NCBI GenBank assembly: GCA_035505215.1
Contig: DATJQY010000015.1
Coordinates: 160,387-224,386, forward strand
Reading direction: 5' to 3'
From: Solirubrobacteraceae bacterium
GTDB lineage: Bacteria > Actinomycetota > Thermoleophilia > Solirubrobacterales > Solirubrobacteraceae
Length of the DNA: 64,000 nucleotides
Every line of letters starts with the position of its first letter. The stretch's first letter is position 1. The notes under the pieces are model-generated. The model ran no database searches. It was not told where the DNA came from and saw only the letters and a list, made by a program, of their open reading frames with translations. The translations under genes and the position numbers were made by a program. Positions 45,759 through 54,454 of this stretch are shown one piece after another.

Positions 45759-47150
45759 ATGGCCAGAGCCGGGACTGGGCAGAGCGGCTGGCGCGTCGCG
45801 CCGGCGTCTACGCTGCCCCGGCTCAGATCGCACCTAACGAGGGTTCCGACAAGCGTCTGGATCTGGCTGGCGATCGCACTGGCGCTCCGGGTGCTGCTGG
45901 TGGCGCTGACCTGGCACACGAAGCTCACGCTCGACCCCAGCGATTTCAACCGCAGCGCCGCCTCGATCGCCGGCGGCCACGGCTATCCACCCACCAATCG
46001 AGCCCCGGGCGGGGGACCGAGTGCGTTTCGGCCACCCGCCTACCCCTTCCTCCTGGCCGCCGTCTACGTGTTCGCCGGACACCCGGACCCGGCGGCCGGA
46101 CGGCTGGTGGGAGCCTGTCTGGGCCTCGCATCGGTCGCCCTGATCACGCTGATCGCGTTTCGCCTCTGGGGCCGGCGCGTGGCCATGGTCGCCCTCGGGA
46201 TCGCGGCCGTCGCCCCTCCGCTGGTTGTGCTGAGCACGGCATTGATCTCCGAGGCGCTGGTCGTTCCGCTGATTCTGGCGGCGGTGCTGGCGGCCCTGGA
46301 GGCCCGGACGAGCCCCCGACCGATCCGGTGGGCGATCCTCACCGGGGTGCTCGTCGGCCTGGCCGCGCTCACGCGGACGAACGCCCTCATCCTGCTGATC
46401 CCGTTTGCGCTCGCGTTCCTCCCGCATACCGCGTGGCGCCGGCCGAGGAGCTGGGTCGCGCCGGCGGTGGTGATCCTCGCCGCCGGGCTGACGATCGCGC
46501 CATGGACGATTCGCAACGCGGTCGTGTTCGGTCGGTTCATCCCGATATCGGACGAGAGCGGCTACACGCTGGCCGGAACCTATAACCAGGTCTCACGCGC
46601 CAGCACGCGCTTTCCCGCCAACTGGATCGAGGCCGAGCACGGTGCCTCACCTGAATACGCGCGGATCCTGCAGACCGCGCGGCGGGAACGCTGGAACGAG
46701 CCGACGTACGGAAGTCACCTCCAGGCCCAGGCCTTCCAGGAAATCGCAAGCCATCCGGCCTACGTGCTCAAGGTGGCCTACTGGAACGCCATCCGCATGT
46801 TCGACGTGGCGGAGATCCGCTTGGCGCGCAACAACCTGGCCAACACCGACATTCCGCTCGCCCCGGCGCTGGCGCTCATGAACTCGGCGCCGTTGCTCGA
46901 GGTGCTGGCGCTGGGCGGCCTCCTCATCCGAGCCGCGCGGCGGGTGCCGAGGTGGTTCTGGCTCGTCCCGCTGAGCCTTCTGACCACCCTTTTCGTGAGC
47001 GGATTCATCCGCTTCCGTGCCCCGATCGATCCGTTCCTGGTCATGCTGGCGGCGCTGTTCTTGACCGACATCTGGGAGTCGATGTTCCGAGGGCGCAGCC
47101 GCCAGGGCGCCGCCACCGGAGGGGCCGGGGCCTACTCGGCCGGCTCGTAG
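45759..47150 (+). CDS. GT39/ArnT-like (GT-C) membrane glycosyltransferase
   Basis: Multi-pass protein with D...F...A, FRPPAYP, ISEAL, LTR.N and PWTIRN. Confidence 0.8.
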   Translation: MARAGTGQSGWRVAPASTLPRLRSHLTRVPTSVWIWLAIALALRVLLVALTWHTKLTLDPSDFNRSAASIAGGHGYPPTNRAPGGGPSAFRPPAYPFLLAAVYVFAGHPDPAAGRLVGACLGLASVALITLIAFRLWGRRVAMVALGIAAVAPPLVVLSTALISEALVVPLILAAVLAALEARTSPRPIRWAILTGVLVGLAALTRTNALILLIPFALAFLPHTAWRRPRSWVAPAVVILAAGLTIAPWTIRNAVVFGRFIPISDESGYTLAGTYNQVSRASTRFPANWIEAEHGASPEYARILQTARRERWNEPTYGSHLQAQAFQEIASHPAYVLKVAYWNAIRMFDVAEIRLARNNLANTDIPLAPALALMNSAPLLEVLALGGLLIRAARRVPRWFWLVPLSLLTTLFVSGFIRFRAPIDPFLVMLAALFLTDIWESMFRGRSRQGAATGGAGAYSAGS

Positions 47151-47488
47151 CCGGCCAGCACCGCGTCGAGCAGCCCGGGGAAGCGGGCCTCGATGTCGTC
47201 GCGGCGCAAAGAGTTCACGCGCTTGGTCCCCGCGACCCGCTGGCGGATCAGGCCAGATTCACGCAGCACCCGGAAGTGGTGCGTGCAGGTCGACTTGACG
47301 ATCGGCAGGTTGAAGCTGTTGCACGTCCGCTCCCCCCCGCCGGCGGCCAGCTCGACCACGATGCGCAGGCGCATCGGGTCGCTCAGCGCGTGCAGGATCT
47401 CGGCCAGAGTCAGCGCATCCCGAGGTGGATGCTCGAGCGGCGCAATCTCCTCGGCCCCCGCCGCGCTGTGTACCGAAAACGTCTCCAT
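47132..47488 (-). CDS. ArsR/SmtB-family regulator
   Basis: LHALSDPMRLRIV, KST.THHFRVLRESGLI. RBS GGAGGAG before ATG 47488. Confidence 0.9.
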   Translation of the reverse strand: METFSVHSAAGAEEIAPLEHPPRDALTLAEILHALSDPMRLRIVVELAAGGGERTCNSFNLPIVKSTCTHHFRVLRESGLIRQRVAGTKRVNSLRRDDIEARFPGLLDAVLAGYEPAE

Positions 47489-47501
47489 TACTCCTCCCAT
47501 T

Positions 47502-47549
47502 GTACGACGCCCATCGAACTTTTGCTACGATGTTCGATAGTCATCGTAC
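47502..47549. promoter_or_regulatory. Paired pseudo-palindromic operator candidates between ArsR and MFS
   Basis: GTACGAC-GCCC-ATCGAAC (47502-47519) and GTTCGAT-AGTC-ATCGTAC (47532-47549) are inverted copies of one motif. Confidence 0.65.
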
Positions 47550-47566
47550 TCGATCTGAGGAGGCTT

Positions 47567-49141
47567 ATGGCGACGGAGACAACCACTGAACGTCAAGGCA
47601 GGCAACGGTCCCGCCGGCCCGCGGCCGGCGCGTGCCCGGCGGAGCGGAGCGTCCGGCCGGCTCAGGGCGCGGCACCCGCCGAGCCCGAGCATCGCCACCT
47701 CAGGGCCACCCTCATCCTGGCCTGCCTGGCCCAGTTCATGGTCATCCTCGATGTCTCCGTCGTCAACGTCGCGCTGCCGTCGATCGGCAACGCGCTCCAC
47801 TTCTCCGAGACCGACCTGCAGTGGGTGGTCAACGCCTACACGGTGACCTTCGGCGGCTTCCTCCTCCTCGGCGGGCGCGCCGCCGACCTGTTGGGACGCC
47901 GCCGAGTCTTCGTGGCCGGGCTCACGCTGTTCGCCCTCACCTCGCTCGTCTGCGGGGTGGCTGACTCGCGGGTCACGCTGATCGCGGCCCGGGCGGTCCA
48001 GGGGCTATCGGCCGCGGTGATCGCCCCCGCCTCGCTGTCGATCCTCACCCACACGTTCCGGGAAGGCGCGGCGCGCAACCGCGCCGTCGGGATCTGGGGC
48101 GCCATGGGTGGCGCCGGCGGCGCCGCCGGCGTCCTCTTGGGCGGGATCCTCACCCAGGCGCTCAGCTGGCGCTGGATCTTCTTCATCAACCTGCCCATCG
48201 GCCTGGGCGCCGCGCTCCTGACCCAGTACTACGTGGCCGCGCTGCGCGACACGAGCCAGAGGCGCAGCTTCGACCTGCGGGGCGCCGTCTCGGCCACGCT
48301 CGGTCTGACCCTGCTCGTGCTCGGGATCGTCCGCACCGGGACGATCGGGTGGGGCTCGCCGCAGACGATCGCCACGCTGGCCGTCGGCGTCATCCTCGTC
48401 GGCCTGTTCCTGGCCATCGAGGGCAGGTTTGCCAGCGCGCCCCTGATGCCGCTGCGGATCTTCAAGTCGAGGACGCTCACGGCCGCGAACCTGATCGTCT
48501 TCACGATCGGCGCCGCGTCCTTTGCCATGTGGTACTTCCTCACCCTCTATCTCCAGGAGGTGCAGGACTTCTCGCCGCTGAGAACCGGCCTGACGTTCCT
48601 GCCCATGACGCTCTCGATCATCGCGGGATCGACGATCGCCTCACGCCTGGTCGGCCGCGTCGGGTATAAGCGCCTACTCGTCTTCGGGATGGCGCTCCAG
48701 GCCATCGGCCTCCTGCTCCTCAATGGCATCTCGGCCGGGGGGACCTACGCGGGCGAGCTGCTCATCCCCTCGCTGCTCGTGGCCTTCGGCATCGGCCTCG
48801 CCTTCGTCTCAGGCACCATCGCCGCCGTGAGCGGAGTCCCCTCGCACGAGGCCGGGCTCGCCTCGGGGATCGTCAACACCGCGCGCATGGTCGGAGGCGC
48901 CCTGGGGCTCGCGGTGCTGGCCGCGGTGGCCACGAGCAAGACCAACGAGCAGGTCAAGGCGGCCGGCGCCCACGCCTCGCCGCACATCCTGCACGTGGCC
49001 CTGACCAGCGGCTTCGAGCTCGCGTTCGTGGTCGCCGGCGTGTTTGCCGCCGCCGGGGCGGCGGTCGCGCTCTTCGGCCTGCCCTCGATCTCCCCCCGCC
49101 GCGCCACGGCCCAGCAGGAAGTAGCCGTCGAGAGCGCATAA
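47567..49141 (+). CDS. MFS efflux transporter, DHA2 (EmrB/QacA) family
   Basis: D.SVVNVALP.I, GGRAADLLGRRR, WRWIFFIN.PIG, about 14 TM. RBS GAGGAGG before ATG 47567. Confidence 0.93.
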   Translation: MATETTTERQGRQRSRRPAAGACPAERSVRPAQGAAPAEPEHRHLRATLILACLAQFMVILDVSVVNVALPSIGNALHFSETDLQWVVNAYTVTFGGFLLLGGRAADLLGRRRVFVAGLTLFALTSLVCGVADSRVTLIAARAVQGLSAAVIAPASLSILTHTFREGAARNRAVGIWGAMGGAGGAAGVLLGGILTQALSWRWIFFINLPIGLGAALLTQYYVAALRDTSQRRSFDLRGAVSATLGLTLLVLGIVRTGTIGWGSPQTIATLAVGVILVGLFLAIEGRFASAPLMPLRIFKSRTLTAANLIVFTIGAASFAMWYFLTLYLQEVQDFSPLRTGLTFLPMTLSIIAGSTIASRLVGRVGYKRLLVFGMALQAIGLLLLNGISAGGTYAGELLIPSLLVAFGIGLAFVSGTIAAVSGVPSHEAGLASGIVNTARMVGGALGLAVLAAVATSKTNEQVKAAGAHASPHILHVALTSGFELAFVVAGVFAAAGAAVALFGLPSISPRRATAQQEVAVESA

Positions 49142-49189
49142 GCGCTCGGGCGCCTTGCACGGGCGCGGGATCGGCGAGAATCCCCGCCC

Positions 49190-50122
49190 GTGGCCCGCTG
49201 CTTCGTCACCCGAGAGCTCCCCGGACCCGCGCTGGGGCGGCTGCGGGAGGTGCATCAGGTGGAGGTGTGGCGGGAGCGCGTGCCGCCGAGCTACGAGGAG
49301 CTGCTCGAGCACGTCCGGGAGGCCGAGGGACTGCTCAGCCTCCTCTCTGACCGCGTCGACGCCGAGCTGATCGCGGCCGCGTCGCACCTGCAGGCGATCT
49401 CCAACTACGCCGTCGGCTACGACAACATCGACCTGGAGGCGGCCGCCGCGCGCGGCATCCCGGTGGGTAACACGCCGGACGTGCTCACCGACGCCACGGC
49501 CGATCTCGCCTTCGCGCTCCTGCTCGCCGCCGCCCGGCGCCTGCCCGAGGGGATCGAGGAGGTCAGAGCCGGCGAATCGCAGACCTGGGAGCCGGCCCAC
49601 AACCTCGGCACCGACGTCCACGGGGCGACGCTGGGGATCATCGGGTTCGGGCGGATCGGCCAGGCCGTGGCGCGCCGGGCCAAGGGCTTCGACATGCCCG
49701 TGCTCCACACCGGCGCCAGCAGCAGCGCTGAAGAGCTGGCCGACCTCCTCGAACGCTCTGACTTCGTCTCCCTGCACGTGCCGCTCACGCCGGAGACCCA
49801 CCACCTGATCGACGCCGCCGCGCTCCAGCGGATGAAGCCGACGGCGATCCTCGTCAACACCGCTCGGGGCGGGGTGGTCGACCAGGAAGCCCTCCGCCGA
49901 GCCCTCCACGACGGCGTCATCGGCGGCGCGGCGCTCGACGTCACCGACCCCGAGCCGCTCCCTCCCGACGACCCGCTGCTCAGCGCGCCCCACCTGATCG
50001 TCGTGCCCCACATCGGCTCGGCCACCCGCCACACGCGCGAGCGGATGGCCGACCTGGCCGTGGACAACCTGCTCGCGGCGCTGGCCGGCGAGCCGATGCC
50101 CCATCAGGTGGCGGTCGGATGA
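49190..50122 (+). CDS. D-isomer-specific 2-hydroxyacid dehydrogenase (glyoxylate reductase-like)
   Basis: AVGYDNID, NTPDVL, GFGRIG, NTARG, LDVTDPEP, PHIGSA. Confidence 0.93.
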   Translation: MARCFVTRELPGPALGRLREVHQVEVWRERVPPSYEELLEHVREAEGLLSLLSDRVDAELIAAASHLQAISNYAVGYDNIDLEAAAARGIPVGNTPDVLTDATADLAFALLLAAARRLPEGIEEVRAGESQTWEPAHNLGTDVHGATLGIIGFGRIGQAVARRAKGFDMPVLHTGASSSAEELADLLERSDFVSLHVPLTPETHHLIDAAALQRMKPTAILVNTARGGVVDQEALRRALHDGVIGGAALDVTDPEPLPPDDPLLSAPHLIVVPHIGSATRHTRERMADLAVDNLLAALAGEPMPHQVAVG

Positions 50123-51045
50123 CCCGGATCGCGGTCGTCGACATCGGCACCAACTCCACCCGGCTGCTCGTGTGCGACCGCGAGGGCGATCAGATCACCG
50201 ATGAGCTCGAGCGTGAGTCGAGCGTGACCCGGCTCGGCGCGGGCGTCGACGCCGACGGCCGGCTGGCCGAGGCGTCGATGGACCGCGTCTACGCCACCCT
50301 CGATAAGTACAGGGAGCTGATCGACGGCCGTGACGCCCAGGTCAAGATCGCCGTCCTCACCAGCGCGGTCAGGGACGCCGCCAACGGGCGGGAGTTCGCC
50401 GACACCGTCGCGGCGCGCTACGGGCTTACGCCCCACGTGCTGAGCGGGGACGAGGAGGCAGAGCTCACCTTCCTGGGCGCGATGAGCGAGCGCGACCCGG
50501 CCGACGAAACGCCCACGGTGGTGGTCGACATCGGCGGCGGCTCGACCGAGGTCGTGATCGGGCGCGGGCGCCAAGCGACGTTTCACGTCTCGACCCAGGC
50601 GGGCGTCGTGCGCCAGACCGAGCGCCACATCCACGACGATCCCCCGACCGAGGAGGAGCTCGACGAGACCCGCGCGGACGTGCGCGAGACGCTAGGTCAG
50701 GGGGTGCCCGAGGAGCAGCGCCAAGCGGTCGAGCACGCGATCGCGGTCGCCGGCACGGCGACCTCGCTCGGGGCCATCGCCCAGGAGCTCGAGCCCTACG
50801 ACCCGGAGAAGGTGCACGGCTACCGGCTGACCCGATCCGAGTGCGAGGAGATCCTGAAGCGGCTGGCCGCGATTCCGCTGGACGAGCGCCGCCAGGTCCC
50901 GGGGCTCCATCCCGACCGGGCGCCGACGATCGTCGCCGGCGTGATCATCCTGACCGAGGTGCTCCGGCTGTTCGGGCTCAACGAGGTCGAGGTCTCAGAG
51001 CACGACATCCTGCGCGGGGCCGCGCTCGGACTGGTCGACGGCTAG
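50119..51045 (+). CDS. ppx: Ppx/GppA-family phosphatase
   Basis: VDIGTNSTRL, TSAVRDA.N, EA.LTFLG, DIGGGSTE, R...I.AG. Confidence 0.92.
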   Translation: MTRIAVVDIGTNSTRLLVCDREGDQITDELERESSVTRLGAGVDADGRLAEASMDRVYATLDKYRELIDGRDAQVKIAVLTSAVRDAANGREFADTVAARYGLTPHVLSGDEEAELTFLGAMSERDPADETPTVVVDIGGGSTEVVIGRGRQATFHVSTQAGVVRQTERHIHDDPPTEEELDETRADVRETLGQGVPEEQRQAVEHAIAVAGTATSLGAIAQELEPYDPEKVHGYRLTRSECEEILKRLAAIPLDERRQVPGLHPDRAPTIVAGVIILTEVLRLFGLNEVEVSEHDILRGAALGLVDG

Positions 51046-51549
51046 CCCGGCGCCTGGCCGGCGGCGCCGAGGCGGAGGCGGATGTCCGCGCACTCAGCGC
51101 ACACCTCGTCCGGGACCAGGCCGGCCCGCATGAGCAGGGCGAAGATCCGGCAGCCCAGGCAGTAGGCGAAGATCGACTCGAGCCCGGAGGCGATGACGAG
51201 CAGGCCAAGCAGGACATCGGCCGCGGTGTGATGGCCGAGGATCAGCCCGACCACGAGGGCGGCGGTTGAGATCACCGCGCCCATGCCCTGGGCGAAGCGC
51301 TTGGGCGGTCCCGGGGCCGGCTTACGCGGGCCCAGCCGGGGCGCGAGGACGTTCTGCGCCGTCCAACCCAGAGGGCTCAGCGTGGGCCCGGTCAGAACCC
51401 CGGGCCCAGAAGCCGTAGGCGAGCGGGATGAGCAGCCAGTAAGCCCCGGTAACCAGCGTTGTCACCGCGAGAACGAAGACAACGGCCGCCACCGTGCGGG
51501 CGGCCTTCTCGTTGACCGGATTGGGAAAGGAGAAGAGCCCGCGGGCCAT
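51042..51549 (-). pseudogene. DUF4395-family membrane protein interrupted by a +1 frameshift
   Basis: FSFPNPVNE.AAR in one frame and LTGPTLSPLG...PGPPKRFAQGMG...LES..AYCLGC in another. One extra G in the run at 51398-51401. May be a sequencing error. Confidence 0.75.
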
Positions 51550-51680
51550 CAAAATCCATCTTAGTCTGTCGGGTTTCAGGCCTTCTCGCTGCGGAGATTC
51601 TTACGAACCGGTGGCGGAAAACCCCCGTGGCTACAGGTTTATCCGGAATCTGGACTTTTGAAGGTCTGAATAAGTTCCTC

Positions 51681-51710
51681 TTGACAGCGGCGGTGCGTTC
51701 CTGTCATTAT
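51681..51710 (+). promoter_or_regulatory. Sigma70-type promoter with overlapping inverted repeat
   Basis: TTGACA-18 bp-CATTAT, with TGACAG-N13-CTGTCA overlapping. No ORF follows. Confidence 0.6.
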
Positions 51711-51713
51711 TCC

Positions 51714-51887
51714 GACGGGGCAAGCTTTGCTAGCCCCACACATAGGCTCGGGCGAAGCCGCAGACATCGGCGCCTCCCGCCGTCCGAGCCAATCTAACCG
51801 GCCCTTTCTGGCACGTACCCCTGCCCGTCCCGATTGGGCCAAACCTGGATCGGAAGCCGCCCGCTGAAATGCGGGCGGTTTTCGTTG
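51714..51887 (+). ncRNA. Candidate ~170-nt small RNA
   Basis: Bounded by the promoter above and an intrinsic terminator; several complementary stems; no plausible ORF. Confidence 0.55.
51854..51887 (+). terminator. Intrinsic terminator
   Basis: GCCGCCCGC-TGAAAT-GCGGGCGGT followed by TTTCGTT. Confidence 0.75.
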
Positions 51888-52151
51888 TGCGGTGGCGGGC
51901 GGTTTGCCTTATCGGTGGGGCGATGCCGCGCCGGCGACCCTTACTCGCCGACCGCCGTCCTTGAGCCGATGGCGCCGAGGCGAGCGATGGGCGGGAAGGG
52001 TCGCCCCGGGGCCGGGAAGCAGCGTGCGCTCGCGGACCCAATCCGCCAATCACCGCCCGATGTGGGCTCGCGCGGCAGCCAGGGTCCGTTTTCCGGACCC
52101 TACGTGCCGAGGAGCGGCGCAAAGCGGAGTAGTTGGCGAGTTAGGTCCGGC

Positions 52152-52270
52152 CGCCAGCGCCGCCGCGAACCGAGGGCCGCCAGCGCCCCCGCGAACCGAG
52201 CAACGCCAGCGCCCCCGCGAACCGAGCAACGCCAGCGCCGCCGCGAACCGAGCAACGCCAGCGCCGCCGC
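52152..52270. repeat. 26-bp tandem repeat (4 full copies + 1 partial)
   Basis: Consensus CGCCAGCGCC(G/C)CCGCGAACCGAGCAA at 52152, 52178, 52204, 52230 and partial at 52256. No spacers. Confidence 0.93.
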
Positions 52271-52278
52271 CCGCCGAG

Positions 52279-53946
52279 CTAGGCCAGATTCGACCGCCGC
52301 GGGTAGGCCACGCTCGGGTCGGTGAGCACGTTCACCAGCGACGGCTGACCCGAGGCCAAGGCCCGCTCCAGGGCCGGTCGGAGCTCGTCCGCCGTCTGGA
52401 CGAATTCGCCGTGACACCCGAGCGCCTCGGCCACCCGGTCATAGCGGGTGCCCGGGCGCAGGTCGGCGACGACCGAGTAGCCGTAGAGCGCCTCCATCGG
52501 GTGCTTTTCGAGGGCCCAGATGCCGTTGTTGCCCATCACCGCCATCACCGCCACGCCGTGGCGGGCGAGGGTGTCGAGCTCCATGCCGGAGAAGCCGAAG
52601 GCGCCGTCGCCGAGGAGCAGCACGACCTGCCGGTCGGGGCGGGCCAGCTTCGCCGCCAGGGCATAGCCCATGCCCGATCCCAGGCACCCGAACGGTCCCG
52701 GATCGACCCAACACCCGGGCTGGAAGCAGTCGATGACCCGCCCGGCGTAGGAGACGAAGTCGCCGCCGTCGCCAACCACGATCGCGTCACGGTCGAGCAG
52801 CCGGGCCAGCTCGCCGTAGATCCGCATCGGATGCAGCGGCGCCCGCGGATCCGACAGCTCGCCCCGCTCACCCTCCCGGCGCTCGGTCTCCAGGCGACGC
52901 AAGGACGCGATCCACTCGTTGCGCAAATCGGCCACGTCCGCTTCCGGGGACCGCGCCGCGTCTCGCAGCGCGTCGAGCGTGGCCGGGAGCGCGCCGTAGA
53001 GCTCGGCGGCCAGCGTCCGCGGATAGCGCCGGTCGGGTTCGGCCGCCTCGATCGCGACGACGTCGGCGTCCGGGGCGAAGACGGCGCCGAAGCCGAGGCG
53101 GAAGTCGAGCGGGACCCCGATCACGAGCGCCAGGTCGGCGCCCGCGAGGCCCGTGCTCCGCGCGCGGGAGAAGAAGAGCTCGTGATCGGCGGCCAGGCAG
53201 CCGCGGGCCAGGCCGTTGAGGAACACGGGGATCCGGAGCTCCTCGGCGAGCACCCGCAGCGCGTTCTCCCCATGGCCCCAGTAGAGCCCGGTCCCGGCCA
53301 TGATGACCGGGCGCTCCGCCTCGGCCAGAAGGGCGGCCGCGCGCGACAGGTCCGGTCCGGACGCCCCGTCACCGCGCCACGGCTCGGGCGGCGGGGGCGC
53401 CGCGGCCAGCGGCTCGGCGCCTTCCATGAACACCTGATCGAGTGGGAAGTCGACGAACGCCGGTCCCGAGGGCGGGGACAGCGCCGCCCGCACCGCGACG
53501 TCGAGCAGCCCGGGGATCTCGTCGGTGAGCACGGCGGTGGTGGCGATCTTGGCCAGCGGACGGACGATCGGGACGTGGTCGATCTCCTGGAGTGAGCCCT
53601 GACCCCAGCGCTGCTGGGGAGCCCGGCCGCCGAGGACGAGCAGCGGGGACTGGTTGAGCGAGGCGGCGGCGATAGCGCTCATCCCGTTCATCACGCCGGG
53701 ACCGGCGGTCAGCGCGCAGGCGCCGAGCTGGCGCGTCACCTTGGCCCATCCCTCGGCGGCGAAGGCCGCCGTCTGCTCGTGGCGAACGTCGATCAGCCGG
53801 ATCCCCTCGGCGCGGGCGCCATCGTAGATCGAGAACAGGTGACCGCCGGAGAGGGTGAACAGGGTGGTGATGCCGTGCTCATGCAACCGCCGCGCCACCA
53901 GCCGTCCGCCGTGAAGCCGGGTCCCGGCCTCCGTTTCGGTGTCCAC
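52279..53946 (-). CDS. Acetolactate synthase-like ThDP enzyme (IlvG/2-hydroxyacyl-CoA lyase-like)
   Basis: DVRHEQ.A.F.AEG, TAGPG, ThDP motif GDGAF...NN. No regulatory small subunit nearby. Start GTG 53946 lies 7 nt after TAGCGT. Confidence 0.88.
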   Translation of the reverse strand: MDTETEAGTRLHGGRLVARRLHEHGITTLFTLSGGHLFSIYDGARAEGIRLIDVRHEQTAAFAAEGWAKVTRQLGACALTAGPGVMNGMSAIAAASLNQSPLLVLGGRAPQQRWGQGSLQEIDHVPIVRPLAKIATTAVLTDEIPGLLDVAVRAALSPPSGPAFVDFPLDQVFMEGAEPLAAAPPPPEPWRGDGASGPDLSRAAALLAEAERPVIMAGTGLYWGHGENALRVLAEELRIPVFLNGLARGCLAADHELFFSRARSTGLAGADLALVIGVPLDFRLGFGAVFAPDADVVAIEAAEPDRRYPRTLAAELYGALPATLDALRDAARSPEADVADLRNEWIASLRRLETERREGERGELSDPRAPLHPMRIYGELARLLDRDAIVVGDGGDFVSYAGRVIDCFQPGCWVDPGPFGCLGSGMGYALAAKLARPDRQVVLLLGDGAFGFSGMELDTLARHGVAVMAVMGNNGIWALEKHPMEALYGYSVVADLRPGTRYDRVAEALGCHGEFVQTADELRPALERALASGQPSLVNVLTDPSVAYPRRSNLA

Positions 53947-54025
53947 GACCAAGACGCTAACACTGCGCTTAGGCTCGGCAGTAGGATCGAGACGTTCTCA
54001 CGACTGCGAGCAGGAGGTTCACGAG

Positions 54026-54208
54026 GTGCAGCTTTCCGTTGCCACACCTTCGCCGGACCATCTCGAGTTCGACGAGCTCTGCTCCGAGGTGGAAGATTTC
54101 GAGCCGCTGCCGACGCTGACGGCGGAGCCGCTCGAGCGCCAACCGGAGGGCGAGGAGACGACCCCGCTCGACGGGCAGATCCTGGCCGGGCTCGTCTCGC
54201 CCTGCTGA
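54026..54208 (+). CDS. 60-aa acidic hypothetical peptide
   Basis: AGGAGG lies 8 nt before GTG. MQLSVATPSPDHLEFDELCSEVEDFEP...LDGQILAGLVSPC. Confidence 0.55.
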   Translation: MQLSVATPSPDHLEFDELCSEVEDFEPLPTLTAEPLERQPEGEETTPLDGQILAGLVSPC

Positions 54209-54454
54209 TCGCCTGCCGGCGCGGCTAACGCCCCGGATGGGCGATTTCGGGGGCCGGCGCGGTCCCCTGCCTATCTAGATCTCTTTTCCAATCGGCCCCT
54301 TTTGCCCGTTCTTCGGGGCAATTTGCAGGGAAATTGCTTTATGCCGATTGGATGTTGCAAACCCACGTACAGCGGGAAGTATCTAAAACTGGACGATCGC
54401 GAGAGGACGTCCAGGAAGACGGACTTATCCAGGTAGAAAAACAGGGGAGGCGTA

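Noticed and set aside
51560-51890. Riboswitch on the minus strand upstream of DUF4395
   Set aside because: I could not match TPP, SAM, cobalamin, c-di-AMP or c-di-GMP consensus elements, and the promoter/terminator polarity points to a plus-strand transcript.
52152-52270. 26-bp repeats as a CRISPR array
   Set aside because: The units are contiguous with no unique spacers, and there are no cas genes in the window.
51892-53595. 567-aa plus-strand ORF, and similar long antisense or alternate-frame ORFs (e.g. 24313-26493, 13928-15556, 59920-61362, 31508-32923)
   Set aside because: These are Arg/Gly/Pro-rich shadow frames of well-supported genes, typical of high-GC DNA, with no recognisable motifs.
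52279-53946. Calling the ThDP enzyme ilvB of branched-chain amino acid synthesis
   Set aside because: No ilvH/ilvC neighbours, and the sequence looks closer to the IlvG/2-hydroxyacyl-CoA lyase-like group, so no symbol was given.
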